Notes under the pieces: model-generated
Told to the model about the DNA's origin: nothing
The model's database searches: none
The model's input: only the letters and a program-made list of their open reading frames with translations
Assembly (NCBI GenBank): GCA_037305845.1
Contig: CP147778.1
Coordinates: 2,080,001 to 2,144,000 of the forward strand
DNA length: 64,000 nucleotides
From: Candidatus Freyarchaeum deiterrae
Lineage (GTDB): Archaea > Asgardarchaeota > Jordiarchaeia > Jordiarchaeales > Jordiarchaeaceae
Direction: 5' to 3'
Made by a program: the position numbers and the translations under genes
In this document: piece by piece, positions 30,174 through 41,081 of the stretch
Layout: each line of letters starts with the position of its first letter
Position numbering within the stretch: the stretch's first letter is position 1

Positions 30174-30677
30174 TTAGTAAATAGAAACCTTTGCTACCCC
30201 TTTTATTTGCAAAAATTTTGGGATCAATTCTCCTGGTATTTTTCTTTCAGCTATTAGTGTTAGTCTGGGTTCGGGGCTGAGTTCGGGATCATCTGTGAGG
30301 GCCTGTCTGATACTTATTCCTTCATTAGCGAGAATCGTTGAGGCGTTGGCTAGTATTCCAACATTCCGAGGATCGTCAGGCGTGATCTCAAGCACCCCCA
30401 GATTAAGGTAGCGTGCTATCTCTCTCAGAGAGAGACCTGCGGATCTCATGAGAGTATAAATGTTTCTGAGCTCCTCGTTTTTGTTAATCATTTTTATGGT
30501 TTCAATAACAGTTCTTCTATCGACTTTTGCTGCCTGAGCAATTCGAACTACTGGAATCTCAATCTCGTTGCAGTAAACACTTTCATTCTTGATATTCAAA
30601 CCGTTCTCCACAAGTACTTTGGCCACGGCAAGTCTTTCTGGGTGGTCTGCAAAATATTCGGAGGTTTTTCGCCACAT
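30174..30677 (-). CDS. trpY: TrpY-like regulator (HTH plus ACT, COG2150)
   Basis: IAQAAKVDRRTV HTH and ACT domain (GILA..ISIRQAL.DDPEL); divergent from trpB2 with TGTACA boxes between the genes. Confidence 0.75.
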   Translation of the reverse strand: MWRKTSEYFADHPERLAVAKVLVENGLNIKNESVYCNEIEIPVVRIAQAAKVDRRTVIETIKMINKNEELRNIYTLMRSAGLSLREIARYLNLGVLEITPDDPRNVGILANASTILANEGISIRQALTDDPELSPEPRLTLIAERKIPGELIPKFLQIKGVAKVSIY

Positions 30678-30715
30678 ATTTATCTAATCCTCCACTCTGC
30701 TATACCATGGTTATA

Positions 30716-30731
30716 TGTACATTTATGTACA
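30716..30731. promoter_or_regulatory. Paired TRP boxes TGTACA-N4-TGTACA (putative TrpY operator)
   Basis: TGTACATTTATGTACA between trpY and trpB2; matches the TGTACA TRP box of Methanothermobacter TrpY. Confidence 0.7.
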
Positions 30732-30851
30732 CGTAAGATTTAAATTTAACCTAATTAACAATTAATGTTCATATAAGTATTTAAGATTTATCAAATGCAC
30801 AACTCCTAACATACGGAGAGAGTATCAAAACAAAATTGAAAGGTGAAAAAC

Positions 30852-32234
30852 ATGTCTCAAAGGAAGATACTTTTAGATGAGGAGAATATACCCAAGCAGT
30901 GGTACAACATAGCGCCAGATCTGCCAAAGCCGTTACCACCCCCAATAAGCCCCGAAACCAGGGAACCAGTAAACCCCTCAGCACTAGAACCCATATTCGC
31001 CAAAGAACTCATAAAACAAGAAATAAGCCAAGAACGTTGGATAAAAATACCCGAAGAAGTACGAGACATTTACCGAATCTGGAGACCAACTCCACTCTAC
31101 AGAGCAACCAGACTTGAAAAAGCCCTAAAAACACCAGCAAAAATCTACTACAAATATGAGGGAGTGAGCCCTCCTGGAAGTCACAAGCCCAACACAGCAG
31201 TAGCCCAAGTCTATTACAACATGAAACAAGGCATAGAAAGAATAACAACAGAAACCGGAGCCGGACAGTGGGGCTCCTCACTGGCATATGCTTGTTCCAT
31301 GTTTGGATTGGAATCTGTAGTCTATATGGTCAAAGTTAGTTATCAGCAGAAACCCTACCGAAAAATCATGATGGAAATCTGGGGCTCGCAGGTTTACGCA
31401 AGTCCAAGTAATAACACAGAATTCGGCAGAAAAGTATTAGAGGACGACCCCGACAATTCGGGAAGTCTCGGGTTAGCAATAAGCGAAGCTATGGAAGACG
31501 CTGTAACCCATGATAATACAAGATACACTTTAGGAAGCGTACTCAACCATGTGCTCCTACACCAAACAGTTATTGGACAGGAAGCTATAAAGCAGTTCGA
31601 ACAAATTGATGATTACCCCGACATTATCTTCGGCTGCATTGGAGGCGGTAGCAGTTTCTCAGGAGCATTCTATCCCTTCTACTATGATAAGGTTTCCAAA
31701 CATGCCCCCAAAGATTGCGAGTTTATGGCGGTTGAACCTACAGCATGTCCCTCCATGACAAAGGGCACCTATATGTATGACCATGCAGACGTAGCCCGAA
31801 TGACTCCACTATTCAAAATGTATACACTTGGCCACACATTCATCCCACCTCCGATACACGCAGGAGGCTTACGTTATCACGGGAAAGCTCCCACACTGTG
31901 TCTACTCCATAAGGAAGGAAAAGTGGGGGTCAAAGCTTACAATCAGCTTGAAGTATTCGAAGCTGCTACGCTATTCTCCAAGACTGAGGGCATAATCCCG
32001 GCACCAGAGCCTTCACACGCGATTAAAGCTGCGGTTGACGAAGCACTAAAGTGCAAAGAAACTGGTGAGGAAAAGACCATATTCTTCCCACTGTGCGGAC
32101 ATGGTTACTTTGATATGCAGGCTTACGACGATTACCACGCTGGAAAACTGGAAGCCTACGAGTATCCCAAAGAAAAAGTCAATGAAGCTATGAAAGAACT
32201 TAGAAACCTCTATCCATGGATAAATGGTAAATAA
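30852..32234 (+). CDS. trpB2: Tryptophan synthase beta chain type 2
   Basis: [42 protein letters not shown]. Confidence 0.93.
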   Translation: MSQRKILLDEENIPKQWYNIAPDLPKPLPPPISPETREPVNPSALEPIFAKELIKQEISQERWIKIPEEVRDIYRIWRPTPLYRATRLEKALKTPAKIYYKYEGVSPPGSHKPNTAVAQVYYNMKQGIERITTETGAGQWGSSLAYACSMFGLESVVYMVKVSYQQKPYRKIMMEIWGSQVYASPSNNTEFGRKVLEDDPDNSGSLGLAISEAMEDAVTHDNTRYTLGSVLNHVLLHQTVIGQEAIKQFEQIDDYPDIIFGCIGGGSSFSGAFYPFYYDKVSKHAPKDCEFMAVEPTACPSMTKGTYMYDHADVARMTPLFKMYTLGHTFIPPPIHAGGLRYHGKAPTLCLLHKEGKVGVKAYNQLEVFEAATLFSKTEGIIPAPEPSHAIKAAVDEALKCKETGEEKTIFFPLCGHGYFDMQAYDDYHAGKLEAYEYPKEKVNEAMKELRNLYPWINGK

Positions 32235-32582
32235 ACCAAAATCTCAGACTATCAAAAACTCAAATATCTCTTTCAATTTAAATAGTAATTGTCTTTAACT
32301 GCGTGGATGTTAGAAAAAACAATCCTAACTCCACAATTTTTTATTAATTTTTATTCTACCACGATAAGATATTGCGTGACTGGTTTTTAATTAATATTAT
32401 TTTTTTATAGCTGGATATAAAGAGATACTAAACATTTTCAGTTAAACGCCTTCGATTAATGTTATTTTTTTGTAAAGAAACTTTTGAAATCGAAAATTTT
32501 GTGGTGTTTATTAGGTTAGCTCGAATAAAACTAGTGAATACACGAATTCAAATCTTTAAACCAAAGAAACTTTAATGGAGGA

Positions 32583-33065
32583 ATGAAAATGTCTCAATTT
32601 CAGATCCTTCGCGACCAAGCATTGGATATTTTAAAAGAAATTCAAGAAGAAAATCCTGCTATAGAATTCTCATCGCTCACCTACGCAGATGGTAGACTTT
32701 TAGCCACCACTCTAACAGAAACAGAAAAAGTTGACAGATGTCTCATTGCATGCGCGGAAACTGTGGCATTTTACGTTAGCTCAAATCTGGCAAACCACTT
32801 AATCCGAGGAGAAGTGAAAAAAATCTTAATAAGTGGAGACAAGGGAAATATTCTAATCCAAGGCGTAGGAAACTTCATGGTTCTTAGCACAGTCACCAAA
32901 AAAGATGCTGGCATTAAAAAGGTTACTAACGGAATTGAAAAACACGTAGAAGACCTCAGAAAAATAGAAAAATCATACGGAGCTATACTGAAGCAGTATT
33001 ATCCCCCGCAGGAAAGCCTAATTTCTGCTTCAGACGCCGAAGAAGTTCCAATGCAAGCTGAATAA
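32583..33065 (+). CDS. Roadblock/LC7 domain protein
   Basis: SLTYADGRLLATT...LIRGEVKKILISGDKGNILIQGVG...LSTV roadblock pattern. Confidence 0.75.
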   Translation: MKMSQFQILRDQALDILKEIQEENPAIEFSSLTYADGRLLATTLTETEKVDRCLIACAETVAFYVSSNLANHLIRGEVKKILISGDKGNILIQGVGNFMVLSTVTKKDAGIKKVTNGIEKHVEDLRKIEKSYGAILKQYYPPQESLISASDAEEVPMQAE

Positions 33066-33280
33066 AATTCGTAATTTAAAACATTATAGAAAAATAGCGG
33101 CTTCTATATTCAACCAGATGTAAAAAATTTGCGGCTTCCTAGGTTTGGCGAGTAAAAATTCTTGCCTTACCTAGTAATACCTTTTTACCAAAAAATCTCT
33201 TTTAGCGGATATCCATTCTAAGAGGGGGGAAAGCGACGAATTTGTAGATTCTATGATTCTTGATTTATTGGGACAGCGGA

Positions 33281-35335
33281 TTATGCTCTCTTCAAAAACC
33301 CATGTTTGGGCTCGAATAGAATTCCGTCGTTCTTTAACTGAGTCAAAGCTCGGTTAACAAAAGTGGCATCCATATTTTCCAATGAGGCTTTCTCTATGAG
33401 GGCTTCTACAGGAACTGGTGCGCCTGACTGTTCTTCTAATTTCTTGAGAATGTCCAGAATTGCTTCCATCTTGTCACGCTGGCTCTTGCTTACTCCAACG
33501 TATATACTGTCAATATCAAATAGTCCTTGTTCGTCTCTTCCTACTTGTCTCAGTGAGAACTGCATTAGCCGTATTACCGCTTCTGCGTCTTCCGGTAAAA
33601 CCTCGGCGTGTAGCGCCATGCGGGCTCTTGCCTCTGAAAGCCTTACTAAAGCTTCTAACTGGCGAGCGGTTATGGGTACTGGCGCTTCTGGCTGTTCGCC
33701 CATTTTTCTCATCTCCAAATAGAATCCCCTCAGCTTATCCGTCGCATTCTGAGACAATTTTGGATGAACATTCTTCCTGGCGTAGACGAAATACTTTCTT
33801 AAAAGGTCAGGTGGAATGGGAGGCGCTTTATCAAATGCTTGAGATCTATGTAGTGCTAGAATGTGGTCGGTCATCATCTTATCCTGCTCCTCCATCGGTC
33901 GATCCACAAGCACGAATATCAAGTCAAACCTAGAAAGAATAGTGGCAGGCAGTTTGAAGTTTTCAGCAACCGACTTGTAAGGGTTCCATCGTCCTAGTGC
34001 TGGATTCGCTGCTGCGAGTATCGCGGTGCGAGCGTTAAGTGTAGCTACAATTCCCGCCTTTGCAATGGACACGGTTCCCTGTTCCATCGCCTCATGGATG
34101 GCAACTCGATCCTGTTCCCTCATTTTGTCCATCTCATCTACACACGCCACTCCCCGATCTGCGATTACCAAGGCTCCCGCTTCTAAGATCAAGGTTCCGG
34201 TGTCTGGATCATGAAGAACCGCGGCTGTGAGTCCGGCGGCGGTGGTTCCCTTGCCTGAGGTGTACAATCCTCTGGGTGCGATACGCGCTACATATTGTAG
34301 CAGCTGACTCTTTGCTGTTCCTGGATCACCTACTATGAGTATATTGGCGTCCCCTCTTATTTTGACGCCGTCTTCCATTGTTTTTGGTTGTCCGCCGAAA
34401 AGCAGTAGGGCTACGGCTTCTTTGACGTTTTCCATTCCATATATGCTGGGGGCTATGGATCGGATTATTTTTTGGTATACGAAGGGATCTTCTGCCAGTT
34501 CTTTGATCTTTTTCTCATCCTCTTCAGTTATCTCCACTGTTTCGAGTTCTACCTCTGAGACATCTACGTTGTTTACTTCAAGAAAGCTTCTAAAAGTTAC
34601 GAGGCTTCCACCCCTAAGTGTGGTTTCTGGTGTTGAGTGTAATATTCCAGTTAGAGTGATTCTATCTCCGGGCCTTGCGGTATCCACGATGTCGTCGATA
34701 AGAATCGCGTCTAGGCTTCGGGGCAGTTGTCCTGGTGGTAGTTCTTCTGGTTTTTCCTGTATTCTTATTTTCTGCCAATCGATAAATTTTGATTCCTCTA
34801 TGATTAGTTTAAAGGGGCCTTTTCTTCTACACGAAGGATTGAAGCACTCCGATGGTTGGTTTATTTTTGTCTCTAGTTGCTTTGTAGGCATTACTTCACC
34901 GCATCTCTGGCAGATGAATACCGCTTCCACGATTTTGGGTTTCACTTCACTGGCTCTGGTGAGTATTCCACTCACCATTAATAATTGCCCAATATGCTGC
35001 GATCTAATCTTTCTGAGATTGACGTGATTTTCTTCGGGTAGTTTGGCTAAGCGAACATGGAAGTTTTCCACGCCCTCGGCGAATTCTGGATCCTCGCTTT
35101 CTATGATTCTTCTTAGCGATTGATCCAAATCGTTCATAGTTTTTTCCGGGTTTTCCAATATAGTCCTTGCCAATTCTGGATCAAATCTGATTAAGTCATC
35201 GAAACGGATAACTAAGCTCCGCTCGCCTGTTACCGTCATCTTCTGAATCTTTTCACGATACTCCATAGCGCCAGATTCTGCGCGATAAGTTTTGACGAAA
35301 GTTTGGAATCTTTCTATTGGAGCCTCATCCATCAT
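33281..35335 (-). CDS. mcm: MCM replicative helicase
   Basis: Zn finger, GDPGTAKSQ, LEAGALV, VDEMDKM, SRFD, C-terminal wHTH. Confidence 0.97.
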   Translation of the reverse strand: MMDEAPIERFQTFVKTYRAESGAMEYREKIQKMTVTGERSLVIRFDDLIRFDPELARTILENPEKTMNDLDQSLRRIIESEDPEFAEGVENFHVRLAKLPEENHVNLRKIRSQHIGQLLMVSGILTRASEVKPKIVEAVFICQRCGEVMPTKQLETKINQPSECFNPSCRRKGPFKLIIEESKFIDWQKIRIQEKPEELPPGQLPRSLDAILIDDIVDTARPGDRITLTGILHSTPETTLRGGSLVTFRSFLEVNNVDVSEVELETVEITEEDEKKIKELAEDPFVYQKIIRSIAPSIYGMENVKEAVALLLFGGQPKTMEDGVKIRGDANILIVGDPGTAKSQLLQYVARIAPRGLYTSGKGTTAAGLTAAVLHDPDTGTLILEAGALVIADRGVACVDEMDKMREQDRVAIHEAMEQGTVSIAKAGIVATLNARTAILAAANPALGRWNPYKSVAENFKLPATILSRFDLIFVLVDRPMEEQDKMMTDHILALHRSQAFDKAPPIPPDLLRKYFVYARKNVHPKLSQNATDKLRGFYLEMRKMGEQPEAPVPITARQLEALVRLSEARARMALHAEVLPEDAEAVIRLMQFSLRQVGRDEQGLFDIDSIYVGVSKSQRDKMEAILDILKKLEEQSGAPVPVEALIEKASLENMDATFVNRALTQLKNDGILFEPKHGFLKRA

Positions 35336-35405
35336 TATCTCCTCTTACGAAACTCAGTTAGTTTTAGTAGCTTTTTGGATGCAGGGTGAGTTTATTATCT
35401 ATGAT

Positions 35406-35990
35406 TTATTTCTCAGCAGTCTCCTTTTTAAAAGTGCGCAGTCCACTCTCCCAGCTTCGGATTAGACTGTTCAGTTTATCATAGAGCCATTTCTCCTCTT
35501 CGGTCATATTTTTTACCATTTCTGACCTACTTCCCCCCTTGAGAGCGATTTTCAGAATCTTAGATAAGCGCTGCGACATAAGATCTGTCACCATCCCCTC
35601 CACTTTCTCCTTCTCCGAGTCTTCCATACCGGGATCCTTGTAACACATTCTAAGCTTTTGGTAAAAATTCGGTTCGATTTGCTGAAGCTGAGGCTTGTTC
35701 GCTTCACTCCAAGACTGTTTATATAGTTCAGATACATTGAACTTAGTTTCCTCTTTGTATCTAACAACCCCCTGCTGCACCAGCTCAGCTGCCTCCCATA
35801 GTCTTAGACTCGTCTCCCTACCTTCCACAAATGGACCGAGAGTTCTATTACCAATCTGAATCTTTGGATAATCCTTGATGACAATGACCTTTACTAGACT
35901 GTTCTCAAACCTGAAAAGAAAGCGGGAAACATCAAACTGAACATCAAATACCGATTCACCGCCTGGCTCCAACAACAACACTCTCCTCAA
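35406..35990 (-). CDS. GINS subunit (Gins23 / Psf2-Psf3-like)
   Basis: N-terminal B domain (LWEAAELV) then A domain (LQQIEPNFY..RLSKI..MTEEEKWLY); directly upstream of mcm; start uncertain. Confidence 0.8.
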   Translation of the reverse strand: MRRVLLLEPGGESVFDVQFDVSRFLFRFENSLVKVIVIKDYPKIQIGNRTLGPFVEGRETSLRLWEAAELVQQGVVRYKEETKFNVSELYKQSWSEANKPQLQQIEPNFYQKLRMCYKDPGMEDSEKEKVEGMVTDLMSQRLSKILKIALKGGSRSEMVKNMTEEEKWLYDKLNSLIRSWESGLRTFKKETAEK

Positions 35991-36165
35991 AAACTCGGAA
36001 CTGGGAACTAAGCAAGTCTCCTTTCCAAAACCTTTCTCTAAAATCTACACGACTGCCTCTACTATTAAAATTTCCTTGTATCCTTTATAAACCCGTTCAT
36101 TCTACAGAATAAACTATAATAGAAAAGCTGCCATTATGTTACTAAACTTTCAAGGGAGAGGTTCA

Positions 36166-37593
36166 ATGTCTTCAACGACCTATCTAAAATGCACAGGCTG
36201 CGGTTCAGAGTATGATTCGTATCCCATACAAGCGGTTTGCAAAAAATGCGGATCAATTCTTCAATACCGTTATCCCTATGAAAAAATCGGGAAATCTTTC
36301 GAGGGTACTGGTTTCTGGAGGTACGCTTCACTCTTACCGGCGGTCAGTAAAGATAACATTGTAACCTTGGGTGAAGGGGGAACCCCTCTCCGACGGGCGA
36401 AAGACCTCTCCAAAAAGTTGGGTGTTAAAAATCTGCTTCTTAAGGATGAAACAATGAATCCCACAAATTCTTTTAGAGATCGCGCCGCTACCCTCATGAT
36501 CTCTAATGCACTAGACTTAGGGTACAAGGAAGTGATTTGCGCTTCCAACGGTAACATGGGTGCCTCAATCGCAGCGTACTCAGCTAAGGCGGGAATTAAA
36601 TCCAAAATAATTGTTCCCAAAAGAGTGGATCTGGGAAAACTGGCTCAGATGCACATATACGATGCGGAAATAATTGAAAAAGGCGAAATAGTTGACGAAG
36701 CTATACTAGAAGCAGAGAAGATGGTTAATGGAAACTATCAAGCCACACCCGAACTCAACCCGCTTACCATAGAAGCTCAAAAAACGATTTCGTTTGAAAT
36801 ATTCGAACAGCATGGAATACCCGACTGGCTACTAGTTCCCACCGGATCCGGGAGCACCGCCTATTCCATCTGGAAGGGCTTCCAGGAACTGAAGGCCTTA
36901 GGCATGATAAAAGAAGAGCCCAGAATTGTTGTTGTGCAACCTTCCGGATGCGCGCCAATCACAGATTCGTACAGACTTAATCGCGATATAGCGACTGTAG
37001 AGAAGCCAGAAACCAGAGCTTTGGCGTTACTAGTAGCGAATCCCGCCTACGGAAAGCTGGCACTCCAAGTCATAAGAGAATCTAACGGAACCAGCATAGC
37101 CGTTCCTGACGAAGAAACACTAGAAGCTGAGCGGCTACTGGCCAAGTCTGAGGGAATATTTGTGGAACCGGCAAGCGCCACAACCATAGCATCACTTCGA
37201 ACCCTAGTAAACCAAGGAAAAATATCAGAATCCGAAACCGTGGTTTGCCTAATAACTGCTACCGGTCTCAAGGCTCCCTACGTGCTTGAAGCACTTACAA
37301 AGGAGGAGTCAGAATCAAAAAAAGAAACCCTAGGACTACGCACCCGCGGCCAGGATATAAGCACCAAACTAAAAATACTCAGACTTCTAGATATGGGAGA
37401 ATCATATGGTTACGAAATCTGGAAAGCAACAAACAAGAAAATCTCTATACAAGCAGTATACCAACACTTGGATGAAATGGAGCAAAAAGAACTTGTAGAC
37501 TCCGCCACCAAGGAAAGAAGAAGATACTTCACAATAACCAAAAAAGGAAAAAGAGTACTCCAAGCCCTAGAAGAACTAATAGCGCTCCTATAA
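36166..37593 (+). CDS. thrC: Threonine synthase-like PLP enzyme with C-terminal PadR-like wHTH
   Basis: Zn ribbon, LGEGGTPL, NPTNSFRDR, ASNGN, PTGSG, EPASA, TATGLK; tail KILRLL..SYGYEIWK..QAVYQHL..RRYFTIT. Confidence 0.8.
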   Translation: MSSTTYLKCTGCGSEYDSYPIQAVCKKCGSILQYRYPYEKIGKSFEGTGFWRYASLLPAVSKDNIVTLGEGGTPLRRAKDLSKKLGVKNLLLKDETMNPTNSFRDRAATLMISNALDLGYKEVICASNGNMGASIAAYSAKAGIKSKIIVPKRVDLGKLAQMHIYDAEIIEKGEIVDEAILEAEKMVNGNYQATPELNPLTIEAQKTISFEIFEQHGIPDWLLVPTGSGSTAYSIWKGFQELKALGMIKEEPRIVVVQPSGCAPITDSYRLNRDIATVEKPETRALALLVANPAYGKLALQVIRESNGTSIAVPDEETLEAERLLAKSEGIFVEPASATTIASLRTLVNQGKISESETVVCLITATGLKAPYVLEALTKEESESKKETLGLRTRGQDISTKLKILRLLDMGESYGYEIWKATNKKISIQAVYQHLDEMEQKELVDSATKERRRYFTITKKGKRVLQALEELIALL

Positions 37594-37648
37594 TAACGCT
37601 TTTGAATATTATCAAATGAAATTGAGAACAAATTAAACTCAGTGCTTT

Positions 37649-38464
37649 TTATTTCTCCAATGGAGTGACAAAAATTTTTTCTGGGAGTTTTTTCATAGCC
37701 GCCCCTACTATAGGAATCGCTATCATAATACCTAAGAGAATTTGGGCAACATTCGAGGGAATACTTGTAGCCGCCACTCCCAGGAAAAGCTGCTCATAAA
37801 GAAAATAACCTAGAATCATGCAGAAGCCCCCAGCAAGTATGGAGAAAACATTCCAGCCAATAGAAGCATCTATCTTAAAACCAAAATACAAGACCAGTAA
37901 TCCAATGTAGACCGCCGCAATCAACCACACTAATCCCGAAATATAAACTAGTATATACCACCAACCCCCCTGGAAATAATTTACGAATAGACTGTTAATC
38001 CACCACCAAGGGGAAATTCCTCCATAAATCTCAGCCAAACCCGATAAATAATTTACACCCACATACAGAACAAGACCAGCAACTCCTACACCCATGATTA
38101 TGTTGAGAGGCTTCCACCATCTCTGAACCGTGAGACGAAACCTGTATTCCAAGAATCCCACCACAAATCCTTCGACTCCTTTTATTAATAAAACTGCCAG
38201 AGCGTACTGCGTGAAACCTAGGAAGATGTTGGCAAGCATCGATCCAACTCCCCCCGCGAAGCCTCCTATAATTGGTCCGAAAAGTAAAGCAGAGACGAAT
38301 ATGATGCTATCACCCACATTAATGTAACCTTGAGTAAATGGGAGATATATTTGAAAAAACATCGTAGCAACGCATACTAGCGCAGTCATTAATCCAGTTA
38401 GAGCTATACTAAAAGAAATGGGAATTCTTGGCAGAGCCTCAATTATTCTCTCCTTTACAGACAT
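37649..38464 (-). CDS. ECF transporter S component
   Basis: TALVCVAT, GYINVGD, GGVGSMLA, IKGVEG; multiple TM helices. Confidence 0.85.
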   Translation of the reverse strand: MSVKERIIEALPRIPISFSIALTGLMTALVCVATMFFQIYLPFTQGYINVGDSIIFVSALLFGPIIGGFAGGVGSMLANIFLGFTQYALAVLLIKGVEGFVVGFLEYRFRLTVQRWWKPLNIIMGVGVAGLVLYVGVNYLSGLAEIYGGISPWWWINSLFVNYFQGGWWYILVYISGLVWLIAAVYIGLLVLYFGFKIDASIGWNVFSILAGGFCMILGYFLYEQLFLGVAATSIPSNVAQILLGIMIAIPIVGAAMKKLPEKIFVTPLEK

Positions 38465-38557
38465 TAAAAACCTCCCAACATTTTCAGTTCTCTCCTAGAT
38501 GACATGTATCACCACTCTAAAGTAGTTATTCAGGCACTCCTATATTCAATTATAAAA

Positions 38558-39952
38558 CTAAACCACTACTATAAACACTAGGTCATTCACATTGGTTCCC
38601 GTTGGACCGGTGAAAATCAAGCCATCATCTATACCCTCAAAGAAAGCTGTAGAATTATTCCCAAAAAGAAAACTATTAGCGTCCAGTCCCCTTCTCTTGG
38701 ATTCCAAAATGGTTTGACCGTCTATAACAGCACCCGCCGCTTCGGAAAAGCCGTCGACTCCGTCACTGTCTATGGCTCCTATAGCAACACCCTCTACACC
38801 CACTAGCCTAAGCGCAGCACTCAAAGCTAACTCCTGATTTCTTCCACCCCTCCCCGAAGCTTTACCACGTACCGTGACTGTGGTTTCACCGCCCAAAATA
38901 ATTACAACTGGTTTTTTCCAAGGATTATTATGATACAAGATTTCTTTAGCAATTCCACTGACTAGAATACCTACATCCCTAGCCTCTCCCTCTAAATAAG
39001 TCGTTAACAGGGAGGAATTTAATCCTCTTCTCTGTCCCTCTTCCTGCGCAGCCATACATGCTATTCTATTTGTGGCGATAAGCAGATTAAACACCTTCTC
39101 GAACACCGGATTGCCGGGTTTAGGTGTCTCAGGATAATTTTCATTAAGACCCTCCTCCAGATGCTTCTTAACCCCATCCGAACAAGAATTCCAAACATTA
39201 AACTCCTTCAACACACTAATCGCATCTCTGTAAGTGGTGGAATCTGGTACCGTTGGACCAGAGGCAATGTTTTCTAGGGGGTCACCAACTACATCAGAAA
39301 TTATGAGGCTAATTACCGTGGCGGGATAAGCCGCCTTGGCAAGATTACCACCTCCAATAGCTGAGAGATGTTTACGCACAGTGTTCATCGATTTTATGTC
39401 AGCACCACTCTTAAGTAGAAGCGAATTAACCTCCTGCAGCTCCTCTAACGAAACCCCCTCCACTGGTAAAGGAACCAGAGCCGACCCTCCGCCCGAAATC
39501 AGGCATAAAACGATGTCATTTTCTCGAACACTTCCCACTAAATCCATTATTCTCTTAGCTCCCTCCAACCCGTCTCTATCAGGAACAGGATGCGCAGCTT
39601 CCACCAGTTCTATTTTCGCTGTCCTAAACCTGTCCTTAGTACCCCTAAGAATGTTCACACAACCCCCGCTGATTCTCTCTCCCAAGACTTCTTCAACAAC
39701 TTCCGCCATTGCGCCACTCGCCTTACCTCCCCCCACAACATAAATATCGCCAAAACTGCCAAGATCCCAGGTTTTCCCGCTAACTGCTAATCTGTCTCCC
39801 TCTAAAAGAAGACCTTTTCTCACAGCCAAACCGGGATCAGCGGCTCTAAGCGCAGACTCCATCAAACCCAGTACAATTTCTCTAGCCAGCCTATTCCTTC
39901 CCTTAGATTTCCCAACGAGCTTATCATGGTTTTTTATCATCGACTTTGACAT
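38558..39952 (-). CDS. Glycerate 2-kinase (MOFRL family)
   Basis: GGGKA, HPVPD, ISGGGSAL, SDVVGD, GGETTV, GGRNQE, TGTNVND. Confidence 0.92.
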   Translation of the reverse strand: MSKSMIKNHDKLVGKSKGRNRLAREIVLGLMESALRAADPGLAVRKGLLLEGDRLAVSGKTWDLGSFGDIYVVGGGKASGAMAEVVEEVLGERISGGCVNILRGTKDRFRTAKIELVEAAHPVPDRDGLEGAKRIMDLVGSVRENDIVLCLISGGGSALVPLPVEGVSLEELQEVNSLLLKSGADIKSMNTVRKHLSAIGGGNLAKAAYPATVISLIISDVVGDPLENIASGPTVPDSTTYRDAISVLKEFNVWNSCSDGVKKHLEEGLNENYPETPKPGNPVFEKVFNLLIATNRIACMAAQEEGQRRGLNSSLLTTYLEGEARDVGILVSGIAKEILYHNNPWKKPVVIILGGETTVTVRGKASGRGGRNQELALSAALRLVGVEGVAIGAIDSDGVDGFSEAAGAVIDGQTILESKRRGLDANSFLFGNNSTAFFEGIDDGLIFTGPTGTNVNDLVFIVVV

Positions 39953-40070
39953 ATAATCTATTTTCGGCGTCCAAAATTAAGAAGCTTTTGCGAAAAATTA
40001 ACATTCCACCCTCACCATATAACTCAAAATATGGAAAAAGAGATTTCCAACTTCCATCCAGAATTTTGGA

Positions 40071-40319
40071 TTACTTACCACAAACGGGACATTTTCCGGT
40101 ATCCGCTCTTAACCGCGATATCTTCCTATTTGAAAGACAATTCGGGCAGATGAGCAACTGTGTGTGGCAGTTGGGGCACTCCCTCTTGGTAAGACATTCC
40201 ATACAGAGCTCAGCCCCACAACCCGGACATCTCATACCATGATCCTTACAAAAGCTTTTACGATGCCTCTTACATCTATAACGAGCGCGCTGAATGCAGT
40301 AGTCGCAATAACGAACCAT
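40071..40319 (-). CDS. Small Cys-rich multi-zinc-finger protein
   Basis: 82 aa with 14 Cys, mostly in CxxC pairs, plus His. Confidence 0.65.
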   Translation of the reverse strand: MVRYCDYCIQRARYRCKRHRKSFCKDHGMRCPGCGAELCMECLTKRECPNCHTQLLICPNCLSNRKISRLRADTGKCPVCGK

Positions 40320-40694
40320 AATAGAATTCCTCTGTGTTAGCCTTGGTCCGATTTTCGAAATTTTGGGTTTAGTTATGGCTTCTATGGATTTATGTTATAT
40401 AAATCTTTTATTTTTCGGTATTAGGTTCTTCATCCACATCAATTGAGTTTTTACAATTAATGTAGACTTTGCTATATGCTTCTGCTAAAAAATTAAAGAT
40501 AAGCAGTTTGCCTGCAATTAACTGGGTATGCGTCTGTTTCTAGAGTTGCTTTTTTTGCTGGCACTTTCACGATAAAACATAAATATTGCCTCTCCTTTCT
40601 TTAATTAGGATTCGGTTCAACTAATAGTGGTTTCTCAAGAAAATATAATTAGTATCCTAAATTAACGGCCGTTAGCCGCACTGAAGGTGTCGTA

Positions 40695-41036
40695 ATGGAA
40701 GATAAAGCATACGATTTGGTTTTAGAAGCTGGAAGCAAGGGCTTGCTTCAGAGTGACTTGTGGAAAAAGCTTGGTGTCAATAGTCGTGAGGGTTCTCGCA
40801 TATCCGTGAAACTTGAGAAAAAGGGTTTGGCGAGGAGGGCTAAGGAGCTCTACAAAGGAAGGTGGACATACCGTCTCTATGCCAGCAAGAATGAGGAAGT
40901 TCCAATAACCTGGAACACACTAAACAACTGCCCGTGCTTTATGTGCGTACAAATTACGCGTTGCGGTACGGCTCAACCAACCTCACCCATAAAATGCCAA
41001 AAATTAACAAACTGGATTACCAAAGAAGTTACTTAG
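40695..41036 (+). CDS. tfeB: Transcription factor E beta subunit (RPC34/hRPC39-like; wHTH plus Fe-S)
   Basis: GLLQSDLWKKLG...KLEKKGL wHTH and PCFMC-x5-C...SPIKC..L..W cluster motif. Confidence 0.8.
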   Translation: MEDKAYDLVLEAGSKGLLQSDLWKKLGVNSREGSRISVKLEKKGLARRAKELYKGRWTYRLYASKNEEVPITWNTLNNCPCFMCVQITRCGTAQPTSPIKCQKLTNWITKEVT

Positions 41037-41081
41037 TTTTAAGACCTTTAACTCCTTAAAGTGGTTTAATTATTATAAATT

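Noticed and set aside
33100-33280. Hairpins and a G-run downstream of mcm as a replication origin or sRNA
   Set aside because: The stem-loop at 33139-33174 is real, but I see no repeated ORB consensus, no adjacent cdc6 and no C/D or H/ACA boxes.
4601-35335. Inteins in RFC or MCM
   Set aside because: Protein lengths are normal and the Walker motifs are uninterrupted.
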